Source: Phaeosaccion multiseriatum
Taxonomy: Eukaryota; Protista; Ochrophyta, other classes
Direction of reading: 5' to 3'
NCBI GenBank assembly: GCA_965112735.1
Contig: OZ218950.1
Location: 4,836,001 to 4,900,000 of the forward strand
DNA: 64,000 bases
The notes beneath the pieces were generated by a model. That model had not been told where the DNA came from, ran no database searches, and saw only the letters and a program-made list of their open reading frames with translations. This document shows, piece by piece, positions 20,796-32,328 of the stretch (positions are counted from its first letter, which is position 1; the number at the start of each line of letters is the position of its first letter). A program made the translations under genes and the position numbers.

Positions 20796-23700
20796 CAGAC
20801 CATACCTTCTGTGTGTGCCTTTTCAAAGCGGCGCAGACACTGCCCCGTGGATATGTTCCAAACCTTGAGCTTCCCGTCCTTGGAGCCCGTCGCGAGGTGC
20901 TCACCGTCTCGACTGAGTATGACCATCCCGGGCCGGGGGGGAGGGAGGGAGAGAAGGAGGGAGAGAGGGAGGGAGGGAGGGAGGGAGAGAGGGAGGGAGG
21001 GAAGGAGAGGAAAGGGCCCTCAGTCTCTCTCCGTCTGTCTCTGTCTCTGTCCCTCTGTCTCTCCATCTCTTCCCCCCTCCCTCTCTTCCCCTTTCCCCCA
21101 CTCCCCCACTCCCTCCCCCCCTCCGCTCTCACACTCTCCCTCTCCCTCCCTCCCTCCCTCCCTCCCTCCCTCCATCCATCCATCCCCTCTCACCTGAATG
21201 CGCAGGCGAGTACCCCCTCGTCGTGCATCATGTACTCGTCCTTGGCTTGGTACGTAAGGTCCTTACGTAACCGGCACGTGTCATAGTCCCACACCTCCAC
21301 AAAGCCATCTGTGAATGTGAATGGGGGCAGAGGATGGCAGTGGAGGGCAGAGAGCACAGAGCAGAGAGCAGAGAACAAACCAGGCTAAGCAGATGCGCGG
21401 CACAACAGCCCAAGAGGGCGCTCGCTTACTCACGCCCTCTTGTGTCTCAAGTCTCTCTCTGTCGCTCTGCCACTGCTCTACCCCAAGTTTGAGTGCCAGT
21501 GAGGGGCATGAGGAGGACAGCCTTACTCTCCATCTCTATCTCTGCTGCTTCATCGCCTTGTGCCTTCCTCCGCTTCGATTGATGTGTTTTGGTGTGATGC
21601 TTTCCTTTCGGTTTCGTCAGCCTGCTTGTGCGTTTGGTTTCTTTACCTGCGCTGCCTGACACCAGGTGCTGACCATCAGGGGAGAACACTGCCACTTCGG
21701 CGTGCGTCTTACTGCCGAACTTGATCTGGCCCGCCAACTGTGAGTAAGGCGGGTGGGGTGGTTAGGTGGATGGGAATGCATGGGTGGCAGTGGGTGGATG
21801 GCAGTGGATGGGGAGGGGCGGAAGAGCGAGTGAGAATAAAAAGGGAAAGATGAGCACTATCGACAGATCGGAGCAAAAGAGACAGACACACACGCACAGA
21901 GAGAGAGACACAGAGAGAGAGACAGAGAGAGACAGACAGAGAGAGAGAAACAGAGAGGGAGACAGGGAGGGAGAGAGACAGAGAGACACACACACAGAGA
22001 GAGAGACAGAGAGAGAGACAGAGAGAGAGAGAGACAGAGAGAGACAGAGACAGAGAGACAGAGACAGAGAGACACGGAGAGAGACAGAGAGAGAGACAGA
22101 CAGAGACAGACAGAGACAGAGAGAGAGACAGAGAGAGAGACAGAGAGAGAGACAGAGGGAGAGAGAGACAGAGAGTTACAGAGAGAGACAGAGAGTGACA
22201 GACAGAAAGAGAGACCAAAGCTTGGAAGTACCACACACACACACACACGCACACCTTCCGTGGAACTTTCTCCTGCAAGTCTTTCTCTGAGCGCACCGCC
22301 CCCTTGAATAAGTCGTACTTCTCTCCCTTCGGTAGCACGCCTGGGGGCACACGCACGCACACACACACAGAGACAGAGAGGGGGGGGGGGATAGAGAGAG
22401 AGCGAGATAGAGAGAGAAAGAGAGGGAGAGGGAGAGAGAAGGAAGGGAGGGAGAAGAGGGGGGCGTTTCCCAGCGACAAGGCAACAGGGAAAGGAAAGCA
22501 AGCGTCAAAGCTCAGCGCACAATCCCGAAGCCGTAGACCAACGGGAGAGAGAGAGGGGCACGCCAAGCCCCCCTGGATGGATATATAAGAGTACGTAAGA
22601 GTAGGATCCTCCCCTCCGACAGACATGCGACAGCAGAGCAAGCAGGCGTTCTTGCTCTTGTAACTGTAGCAGTAACGGCAGTGGGCGGGCGCATCACCAG
22701 GTCCTAGGTGTCCGGTTCACTCATCCTTGGCGGCTGAGCGGCCGACGCTGTTCTTGGCGGTCGTTGAAACGCCCTCCCTCCCTCCTCTTCCACCAGCCCC
22801 CCACCCCCTCGCTCCTTCATTCCTTCCCCTCACCATTCATCTGTTGCCATCTTAGGGCCTGCCCTACAATGGCCAGTAGTCTGCTCGGCGGCACCACGCT
22901 AACGTCCGCCGCTACCGCCTCTGCGATCTCCGCCCGCCTCTTCTCCTTGCCGCTGCCCGGCGCGTAGAAGCTCCTTGGGTCCACAGTCTCCCCCTTGGCT
23001 ACCCAGTGCTCTAAGCGCAGGTACTTTTCCGGGTCCTCTGTGCGTAGCTTGGTGAAAGGATCTGCAGTCCTCAAAATCTCGCGTGCGAGCTCGACCTCCC
23101 CCGCTTCCAGCAACTCCAGCACAATCTGATGAAAGGGGGGCAGGGTGGTGATCGAAATGAATTCGAATTGAATACGTTGCATGTGGGTGAGGGGAGGAGG
23201 GGGGGTAGGCGACCGCAAACAGACCGTCTGCGCTGCAGGAAGGCAGGGGCTGTCTGTGCATGCTGGGCTGAGTAGCAGAGCCAGGTTAGGTCACGTACAG
23301 AGGGGCATCAGGCTGATTCCCCCTCTTGTTCACGAACACACTCTAGTATCTTACCTGCTCGTAGAGGTCCACCAGCTTGGCGAAGGGCAGCGACAGCGTG
23401 GACACCTGGGGGATGACGGACTCCCACTGGCCGTGGTTGATATCGGCCATGAGGCTCTCGATGTTGTCCACGGTGTTCAGCGCCACCTTCGATTCGTCCT
23501 GCAGCGCCTGCATGGAGGTGGTGAGGTTGTTCTCCTTTAAGAACTGAGGAGGGAGAGGGGGAGAAGGAGGAGGAGGGGTGGGCATCAAAGATGGACAGCT
23601 GGGATATCTTGAGCAGCAAGCAGCAGGAGGGAGTCGGAGGGAGGTTGGATGGATAGAACATCGAAGGAAAGGCTATGCACGCCACCATCTTGTCGCGACA

Positions 23701-23806
23701 CGCGTTCACGCGGCCCTACGGGCACGGGACAAGTCTCTCGCCCTATCTCCCTCACCTGGAGTACGAGCCTCACCACATCCTCGCTCTCCACCTGGAAGGT
23801 GTTCAT
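19066..23806 (-). CDS. SMU1: WD40 repeat-containing spliceosomal protein SMU1
   Basis: Ten exons: 23806-23756, 23543-23355, 23125-22834, 22340-22255, 21737-21647, 21308-21194, 20912-20806, 20347-20184, 19861-19757, 19521-19066. LisH/CTLH N-terminus [19 protein letters not shown]...[65 protein letters not shown] and C-terminal [22 protein letters not shown] are characteristic of SMU1. Confidence 0.95.
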
Positions 23807-24188
23807 GGTTAGCTCACTCGAGCGGATCCAGATCGACCAATGCCTCCCAACTTACTCCTCAAAAAGGATCCTTGTCGACCTGGTTGACCTCTTTGCGTTT
23901 TGGGACAAGTTCCTTCTTCTCTTCCTCTTCTTCCCTCTCCTCTTCCTGACTCCTTCAACACTGGTGCACTTCCACGCCCTTTGAACAGTTCCTGAGAGAG
24001 AGTGGGGGGGTGAAGGAGAGGGAGGAAGAGGATCCGACTGATCAGAGAGATCGAAGCCTGGGCCTAAGCAAGGCTTCGGCTGCCATCCAAATCTCCCTCC
24101 CCACATCGTTCATCTTTCGCTCTCGTACAAAGAAGGAGAGCAAGAGCCGAGAAGACGCCCTAAAGGTTTAGGGTGGTCTGAGGTTACT
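23807..24188. promoter_or_regulatory. Probable bidirectional promoter/5'UTR region between SMU1 and AATF
   Basis: The divergent start codons are separated by 382 bp. Inferred from geometry only. Confidence 0.55.
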
Positions 24189-26348
24189 ATGGCAGCACCC
24201 GGAGTAGCGAAAGGGACCAAGAAGAAGGCCAAGACGCCCAAGAAAAGCTCCACCCTTACCGCCACTGCACCACCAGCAGCCACAACCTCATTCTCAGGAG
24301 CAAAGCGAAAGAGGAAGCAGAGTCTGGCAGAGAAGCTGCAGGCTTTCACCAACACGGCGCCGACTGACTTCGACCCGGAGACTCCCCAATACGGCGATGG
24401 CACCTGGGCTTCTATTGGTGGTGCAGGTGAGTGGGTGCGAGGGAGGGGGGAGGGAAAAGGAGCGAGGAGAGACCACATTTTTTTTTTTTTTTGAGGAGGA
24501 GAGGAGAGACCACTCTAATTCCTCTTGTATTTTCGCTCTGTCTCTCCCACGGACGTTGTTTCTGTCGATGGTGGTTCAGGGTCGTATCCCCATGAAGATC
24601 CAGACGGGTTTGGCGATGAAGCAGGGGAGATGGGGTTGGCTTCTACTGCTATGCGAGTCGACGCCGATATGGAAGATATCGCCAAGGAGTATCGAGGCAA
24701 GAGGGTGAGCCGAAAGGCCTTGGGACGGCAGCGAGACGCGGACGATGAGGAGGTCGAGGAGGGGGCGGAACGGGAGAGTGAAGCGGAAGAGGAGGAGGAG
24801 CAGGAGGAGGAGGAGGATAGCGTAGAGGGAAGATCAACGAAAGGAAGACGGCGGAAGCTACAGAGCTCTTCCAAGACCAAAGATGCAAACATCTGGAGCC
24901 GTGAGGAGGACGAGGATGGACACGAAGCAGAGGCTTCGAGTGAATCTGGCGCAGAAGAGGACGGTGACGATGGAGAAGAAGAAGAAGAAGAAGAAGAAGA
25001 AGAAGAGGAGGAGGACGAGGAGGACGAGGAGGAGGAGGAGGAGGAGAAAGGGATAGACAACGTTTTCGCAGGAGCGACAGGAGCACACGGTGATACAAAG
25101 GATGTGGACCGCTTCGTGGAAGCCACCCTTAGCAAACTGGAGGATGAAGAGGCCAATGGGAAGGAGCGAAGAGCGGAGGCTGGTCAGCGGGAGAAGAAGA
25201 GGGCGCTGGAGGTGGCACGGCAGAAGCAGTGGTACAAGAGCTTCCTGGAGGTGCGCGTGCTGCTGCAGAGGGTCATAAAGCTCGCCAACGTGCTGCCCCC
25301 GCCTTCCGAGCTTCCTGTGTTTGCAGAGGAGAGCGAGGAGCTGGGGGCTGAGCTTGAGGGGGCAGCCAAGGATGCTCGAGGGATGGCCGAGGCTCTCACG
25401 AGCATACGGCGATGCCACATGGCTGAGGTGATGGACGAGAGCAGCGCGGGGGTACGAGGAGGAGGAGGGGGGCGGAAGAGAGGAAGGGGCGGGGGTAGAA
25501 GAGGGGAAGAGGAGGACGAGGAGGAGGAGGACGAGGAGGAGGAGGAGGAGGAGGAGGACGACGAGGAGGAGGAGGAGGAAGAGTACTACGCCTGTCGGGA
25601 GTACTGGCTGGAGACTGTTGATGAGTGGGGTGCCAAGACCCAACTGGCGTCGGCAGCGCTGCAGAAGCAAAAGTTCCGGGCAGTGAACCAGGGCATTGGT
25701 GCGCAAGTGTCGGCCAGTCTGTCGGACAAGCAGAGATGCACACGCAAGACGTACATGCGAGCGGCGGAGGTGGAAGGATTCGGGAGGATCCATGCTGGTG
25801 GTGGAGGAGAAGGGGGAGGGGGAGGGGGAGGGGGAGGAGAAGCAAGTCGAAGCAGCAACGGGGGGAGTCTCGATGATGAGGAGGAGGAGGAGGGGGAAGA
25901 CGAGGACGAAGAGGGTGGGGATTGGAGAAGCGGCATGACGAAGCGCGAGCAAAGGTGGGCGGACGACCCGCTGGACCTGCAAGTATTTGATGATCAGGAC
26001 TTTTACCAGAACGTTCTCAAGGAGTTCATCAGCACGGGGAAGGGCGGTGAGGACGGCGTGGAGGGCGCGGCAGCAGGCGCTGTGGATCAAATCGGGGCCA
26101 TTCTGCGCAGTCGGAGGAAGAGCAGCAAGAAGAGAAAGGTGGACACTCGCGCCTCCAAGGGGAGGAAGGTGAAGTACACGGTGGTACCCAAGCTGGAGAA
26201 CTTCACGTACCCCAATCAGGGGCTGCTCTACGGTGGCAGGGTCAGGGGCGGTATCGAGAAAGGCGGCGGGGGGGGCGGGGCGAGAGGCAACAACATGGAT
26301 GCGTCGGAGCTGTTTCGGGGCCTGTTTGGGACCAGCCGAACGAACTAA
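24189..26348 (+). CDS. AATF: AATF/Che-1/Bfr2 nucleolar SSU processome protein
   Basis: Exons 24189-24426 and 24580-26348. Acidic N-terminal half, FLEVRVLLQRVIKLANVLP, and TRAUB-like C-terminus VFDDQDFYQNVLKEFI...KKRKVDTRASKGRKVKYTVVPKLENF. Confidence 0.92.
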
Positions 26349-27282
26349 TAATAGCAGGGGGTACCAGGAGCTTAGCTCACGGCCGTTTGGCACGGGCAGG
26401 AGTAAGCTCCACCGCTGATGGCTGACTTGACCACCTCTACAAGCCACACTAGAGCTGATGGCTGACCTGACCACCACTACAAGCCACAGCAGAGCAGCAG
26501 AGCAGCAGAGCTGGTTTTGTGGCCAATAGGAGAAGACAAGCCTTGGCCAAAGGCTGCCTGCCCTCTAAGGCTTTCATTTCATCACCCCTCGCAGGCGTTC
26601 TTTCTTTGGCCAAGATAAGATGGACGTGCCATGCGATACAGGTACAACACAGTAAGGAGGGGAACGACACAGTAGGCACGCGGGCACCCTTCACCCCTCA
26701 GTCCTGTCACGTTTTTCGATACTATTACGAGTATTCTTGCACACAAAATAAACAAGTGTACTGTAAGTGAGATTTAAAGGGAGGGAATCTACGGTGCCTT
26801 GCGTAAGGCACCGTGGGTATATATATATACATACCCTTCCTTCCCAGCGCCTCCTCCCAAAGCTTCACATCCATCCATCACACACATGACAGGGCAGTAG
26901 GCCCTGCCCCTGTTCAGTTTCGCCTGCTGCGATGACGCAGAAGCCTTCTCGTTTGCCGCCGCTTCTGCCGCCGCTTCTGCGTTTTCGTTCCGGACGGGGG
27001 CGCCCCTTTGTCTTCACTCAATAAAATTGCAAAACCTCTCTGTACAACGCTATGTAGTTTTAGTTTCCGCTCGTCCGTCCCCATCCCCTCCCCTCCGTGT
27101 CTTGCCTCAGTCTCCCCCTCCCTCTCCCCCTCTCCCCCCGCCCCGACACCCCCTTGCGGTGTGCAAGCCTACCTGTCCTGCTTGCCTGCTTTTGCCTTTC
27201 CCCCCTCTCCTTCTCTCCCCACCCACCCTCGGGTCAAAATGAACAAGCGCAGCTCACTAAGCGATACTCACTCAGTCAACGC

Positions 27283-27316
<34 letters not shown>

Positions 27317-27378
27317 CTCTATGTCTGTTTGTCTGTCTGTCTGTCTATCTCTCTCTCTCTCTCTCTCGGGTCTATGAA

Positions 27379-27738
27379 CTATACGGTGTCGTCATGGAAG
27401 GCCCACTGCGTCTCCTTCGGTGACTTATGCTGAATCCTGGCGACGTACGTAGCATTGTCCTCGGGCAGCTCCTTCTTCTCGCAGGAGGACATCATCGACA
27501 AGATGCTCAGGCATACCGACTGTACCGTCAGCGCAGGAGACCTGCGTGGGACCGGATGGTGTGTTCGCGTCGGATACGAATGTCAGGAGGGGTTGGTGAT
27601 ACACCGAGAGAGTCAGACGGTGAGTGGGTGAGTGAGTGAGTGAGTCATCCAGCCTGCCAGCCAGCGAGCCAGCCCCTCAACACACCTCGGAAAAGTAAAG
27701 AAGCCCATCCCTCTCTCTCCCTCCCTCTCCCTCCCGCC

Positions 27739-27769
<31 letters not shown>

Positions 27770-28221
27770 TCCCATTCTTTCTCTCTATCTCTCTCCGTGC
27801 GTGCACTCGACTCACCACTCATCGTACAGAATGGACAGGCAGATATGCCCATTTGAGTAGATGTGAGGGTGCATCGGGACGAAGCCGGGCATGAAGACGA
27901 CCTCAGGTGCCTCGATGGGATACCGGTTGCTGAACCTTACTCTGTTCAGTTGCACACGGAGAGGACAGGGGCACACGGAGAGGACAGAGGAGGGAGGATA
28001 CGGCAGAGATGTTGAGGCAACAGGAGCTGCTGGATAATAAGCTTTGCGGTCCCTTACCTTAATTTATACGATTCCCCTGCATAGATTGTGTTTTCCGCTC
28101 CACTCAGCTTCACGATCCACTGGTTCGGATCATCTGTCTCAGGCTCCACCTCTACCCCTTCCACTTGCTCGCGTCGGAGTTTCTGCAGCTCCTTCTGGAC
28201 TCTCCGAGTGCTGGTCGCCAT
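27379..28221 (-). CDS. UBE2W: Ubiquitin-conjugating enzyme E2 W
   Basis: Not in the ORF track because the exons are short. Exons 28221-28058, 27941-27816, 27541-27379 give MATSTRRVQKELQKL...WIVKLSGAENTIYAGESYKLRVRFSNRYPIEAPEVVF...[38 protein letters not shown]...SPKETQWAFHDDTV*. HPH in place of HPN and the W-x-FHDD end are typical of UBE2W. An in-frame TAG lies upstream of the ATG. Confidence 0.93.
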
Positions 28222-28805
28222 CCAGCTCGCGCCCAGCTTGCGCTAAATCCCGCCGCGTGAAGCTCCGCTTATACGGAGACTACTCCCTGTTTGCGTGTGC
28301 AGATGCGTGGCTGCTTCCCGGGGAGAGGACTCAAGAGATGACTCGCCGAAGAGGGTGGTAAAGGAAGAGAAGGAAGGGAAAGATGCTACACGGCAGAGCG
28401 GGGGGGGGGACGAGGGATCCAAGAGGATGGAAGAGGGGGGAAAGGGAAAGCAGTGGCGGATATGACCAGCGATTGGCGCCACACCAAAGCAAAACACAGC
28501 AGCAGCGCACACCAGGATGCTTATGAGTCAAGCACCACCGAGAAAGAGCGCAGCAAAGGCTCAAAGATGGCCCAAAGAGTTTTTTTTAAAATATTGCATG
28601 TGACTGGGCCTGGCTCACCCGGCAGACAAACATTGTATAGATATACACACAGGAAGGAAGGTTAGCTGTTCTATCTTCACTGCATCCTTCCCTCGCTCAC
28701 CCACAGAAAGTCGCGCACGCAGCAGCAAGCGAGAGAGGCGCTGACCCGCCGGACGGGCAGAGCTGGGGGGGGGGGGAGATCTGGGTTGGTGGGGACGGAA
28801 GCTTT

Positions 28806-29642
28806 ATGGCAAAGAAGGGGGGGAGGGCAGCAGGGCGTGGTTCCAGCCCCTCTCGCGCCCATGACTCAGTCACTATGAATATGGGCTTCGGGCAGGAGGC
28901 CTACGCTCAGGCTGTAGCGGACGACGATGGCGACGACGAGCAGCAGCGGGAAATTAAGCGATGGCTGGAGACCGAAGGGGCCCACGCCAATGGAGTCATT
29001 GACAGTGAAGCGAACGGGTCGGGAGAGTCAGGGGACTCCATTGCCCTCTCCGATGCGAGCATTGCTGCCGCCGATGCTCTCCTACAGCAGCACTCGCAGT
29101 TCGCAGCTAAGCGAAAGGAGGCTACCGCCTCGAGCCCTCCCACCAGCAATAATGGGCATAACAGCAGTGGACGGCACCTCCTCTCTCCCATTCGATCGAG
29201 GGGAGGCACCAAGAACCAGGGCGCGGAGGTCCAGGTCGACAACAAGGCCATTGCCTTTGTGGGCATCGCTCAGTTCGACCTGCGCGAGGGCCCATGCTTG
29301 CTCTGTTCGCTCCCCGATCTTAACGACATCGACCACCAGCTCAGCAACGCGGACAAGGATCAGCTGAGCTTCCTCCTCCCCTTCAAGGTCCTGCCGGAGA
29401 ACGGCAGGCCTCTGCCCGAGGTCGTGACTCGGAAGAGCGAAGATGTAAGGGAAGGCTCTTGGAGATGGGGGGGGGGGGAGGCCTCGACTTGTGGAGAAGG
29501 GTCTGTCTACCCTGTCTGTCTTTCCGTCTGTCTGCCTCTCTGTCTGCCTCTCTGTCTGCCTGTCTGCCTGTCTGTCTGTCTGTCTGTCTGTCTGCCTGTC
29601 TGTCTGCCTGTCTGTCTGCCTGTCTGTCTGTCTGTCTGTCTT

Positions 29643-29673
<31 letters not shown>

Positions 29674-29690
29674 GCCTGTCTGTCTGTCTT

Positions 29691-29721
<31 letters not shown>

Positions 29722-30984
29722 TTCTCGGTACTGTTCGGAGAGCTCTCTCGCGGCCCGAGGGGCATCTTACTCCTGTCCTGCTGGGTCCTTATCTCCTCCC
29801 TCACTCCCTCCCTCCCTCCCTCCCTATCTCCCTCCCCCTCTCTCTCCCTCCCTCTATCTCCCTCCCCCCCTCCCCTCCCTCTCTTCCTCCCTCCCTCCCT
29901 CCCTCCCTATCTCCCTCCCCCTCTCACCCTCTCCCCCTACTTTCTCCCTCCCTCCCTCTCTCCCTCCCCCCCTCCCCCCCCTCCCTCCCTCCCTCCCTCT
30001 TTATCTCCCTCCCTCCCTCTCTCCCTCTCCCCCTCTCTCTCCCTCCCTCCCTTCCTCCCTCTCGACGGTACACGATGTCCACAAGGCGGAGGTTATCACG
30101 GGAGGGTGGCGCTTCTGGTCCCGGAAATCGCAAGGAATGGAGGCAGGACAGGAACACAAGGAAGAGAGCGCAGCAGGGGACTACGAAGGAGGAGGAGGAG
30201 GAGGAGGAGGAGGAGGAGGAGGAGGAGGAGGAGGAGGAGAAGAAGGAGGCACGGGGAGGACAGAGGGGGGGGGTGTTGTCGAAGAGAAGGCGGGGGAGGC
30301 AGACGGCAAGGAGGAGGAGGAGGAGGTCGAGTTGGGGGAAGAGGCGACCGAGAAGGTGAGGAAGGGAGCGGCGGCGGCCAAGGTGCGGCGAGTCAGTCAA
30401 CTGCAGTACGGCAATCAGCACTGCTACTTCATTCTGGAACTCTCCTCAGAGACGCTTTATGGGGCTGGGCATTTCGTGCTTCTCGAGGATGATAAGAGCG
30501 AGAGAGGCTACTCGCAAGCAGCAGTGGTGGTGCTGGCTCGCCTGCCCTTCTTTGACATGCTGCATCAGAGACTGCATGCCTTCTCGGTGGATGTTCTACA
30601 CAGGTGGGAGAGAGGAGGAGGAGGGAGGAGGGAGGAGGAGGAGGAGGAGGAGGAGGAGGAGGAGCTGCCTTCTTCGTTTGTTTTGAAGCAGACGGCCCCT
30701 CGCTCGCAATCAATCCTTTCCATTCAATCGCAACTTAACGCCTTCATCGCTCTTGTGGACGCATCTGCCCTGCCTTGCGCTCGTGCGTGCGCTCGTGCGT
30801 GCGTTCGTGCGTGCGTGCGTGCCTCTGCCTTCCCCTGTCACCCTCTCCCCTACGGCCTCCCTCCACCCTCCCATCTTGACAGAGACGTGGCCGCGGGGCA
30901 ATTAGAAAAGTTAGAGGTGAGCACTTGAGGGAGGAAGAGAGAGAGAGTGAGAGAGAGAGAGTCGGAGCGGGCGAGGGAGGGAGG

Positions 30985-31016
<32 letters not shown>

Positions 31017-32297
31017 GAGAGAGAGGCATATCATCTCCACCGCCCCATTATCTCATCTCTCATATCTTCGTCTCCTCCTGTCTCTCTCTCTGTCTACGTG
31101 TGTGTGTCCCTCTGTCTATCAATATGTGTTTCTCTCTCTTGTCTCCATGTCTCTATAATCTCTTGTCTTCATGTCTCTCTCTCTGCCTATCTCCCATCTC
31201 TCTCCCCCCCCCCCTCCCCTCCCTAACACCCCCCTCCCCCCTCCTATCTCCCTCTGCAGACATCCCTTCGAGGCGTGAACTTCGACGGTCTAGGCTACTC
31301 CTCCATCTTCGAAGGCCTCCCCATCCCCCACCTACTGTCCACCCTCGGCTTACCCCTCATGGGCCTGCTCAAGCTCATCCTCCTGGAGGGGCGGGTGTTG
31401 CTCTACAGTGGCACCACCTCCATCGCCTCAGGAGCCGTTCTTGCTCTTGCTGCCTTGCTCCCAGGTGCGTGGGCCACTCACTCACTCACTCACTCACTCA
31501 CTCACTCACACACTCATTCATTCACTCATCCACTGCCCCACTCCACTCACTCACTCACTGCCTCACCCACTTACCTCACTCACTCACTCACTCACTCACG
31601 CACCCCCGCCACTCACCCACTCACTCACTCACTCACTCACTCACTCACTCACTCACTCACTCACTCACTCATTCACGCACCCCCGCCACTCACCCTCCCA
31701 CTCTTGTGCTCTCCTCTCACAGGTGCCCTGGCCGTCGGCTTTGGTCACGACAGCCCCTCTTTTGGCGCCAAGTCGTACCGCTGGAAGAAGTACGGCTTCC
31801 CCTTGAAGGTGTTTGGTAACTTCAAGGCACGCCAACGCAAAAAGGGGAAGGGCCCACAGGTAAGGATGCGTAAGGATGCGTCAGGAAGCGCCTACCTGCC
31901 CACCTACCTACGTACCTACCCAGCTACCTGCCCACCTACCTACCTACCTACCCAGCTACCTGCCCACCTACCTACCTACCTACCCCCCTCCCCCCTCCCC
32001 CCCTTCCTACCTACTTACGTACCCACCTTCCTTCTTTCTTCGTCCCTATTATCTACTTACCTACCTACGTGCCTTTTCCCCCGTCCGTGTGCAAAGAGCT
32101 ACTGTACAGCTACTGATCCCCCTCATCGCTGCTTGCTTCTCTCTCTCTGTGTGTGTCCCTCCCCTCCCCCCTGCGTGCATGTGTGCGTATCTCACTCCCT
32201 CTCTCTCTCTCTTTCTCTCTCCCTCTCTCTCTCTTTCTCCCTCTCTTCTCTTTCTCTCTCTCTCCCTCTCTCCCTCTCTCTCTTTCTCTCGGTCTCT

Positions 32298-32328
<31 letters not shown>

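Noticed and set aside
24858-26477. 539-aa minus-strand ORF
   Set aside because: Antisense shadow of AATF exon 2.
27485-27619. Apparent + strand exon (EDIIDKMLRH...) followed by (GTGA)n
   Set aside because: Overlaps the antisense of UBE2W exon 3 and its intron; the minus strand explains the coding signal.
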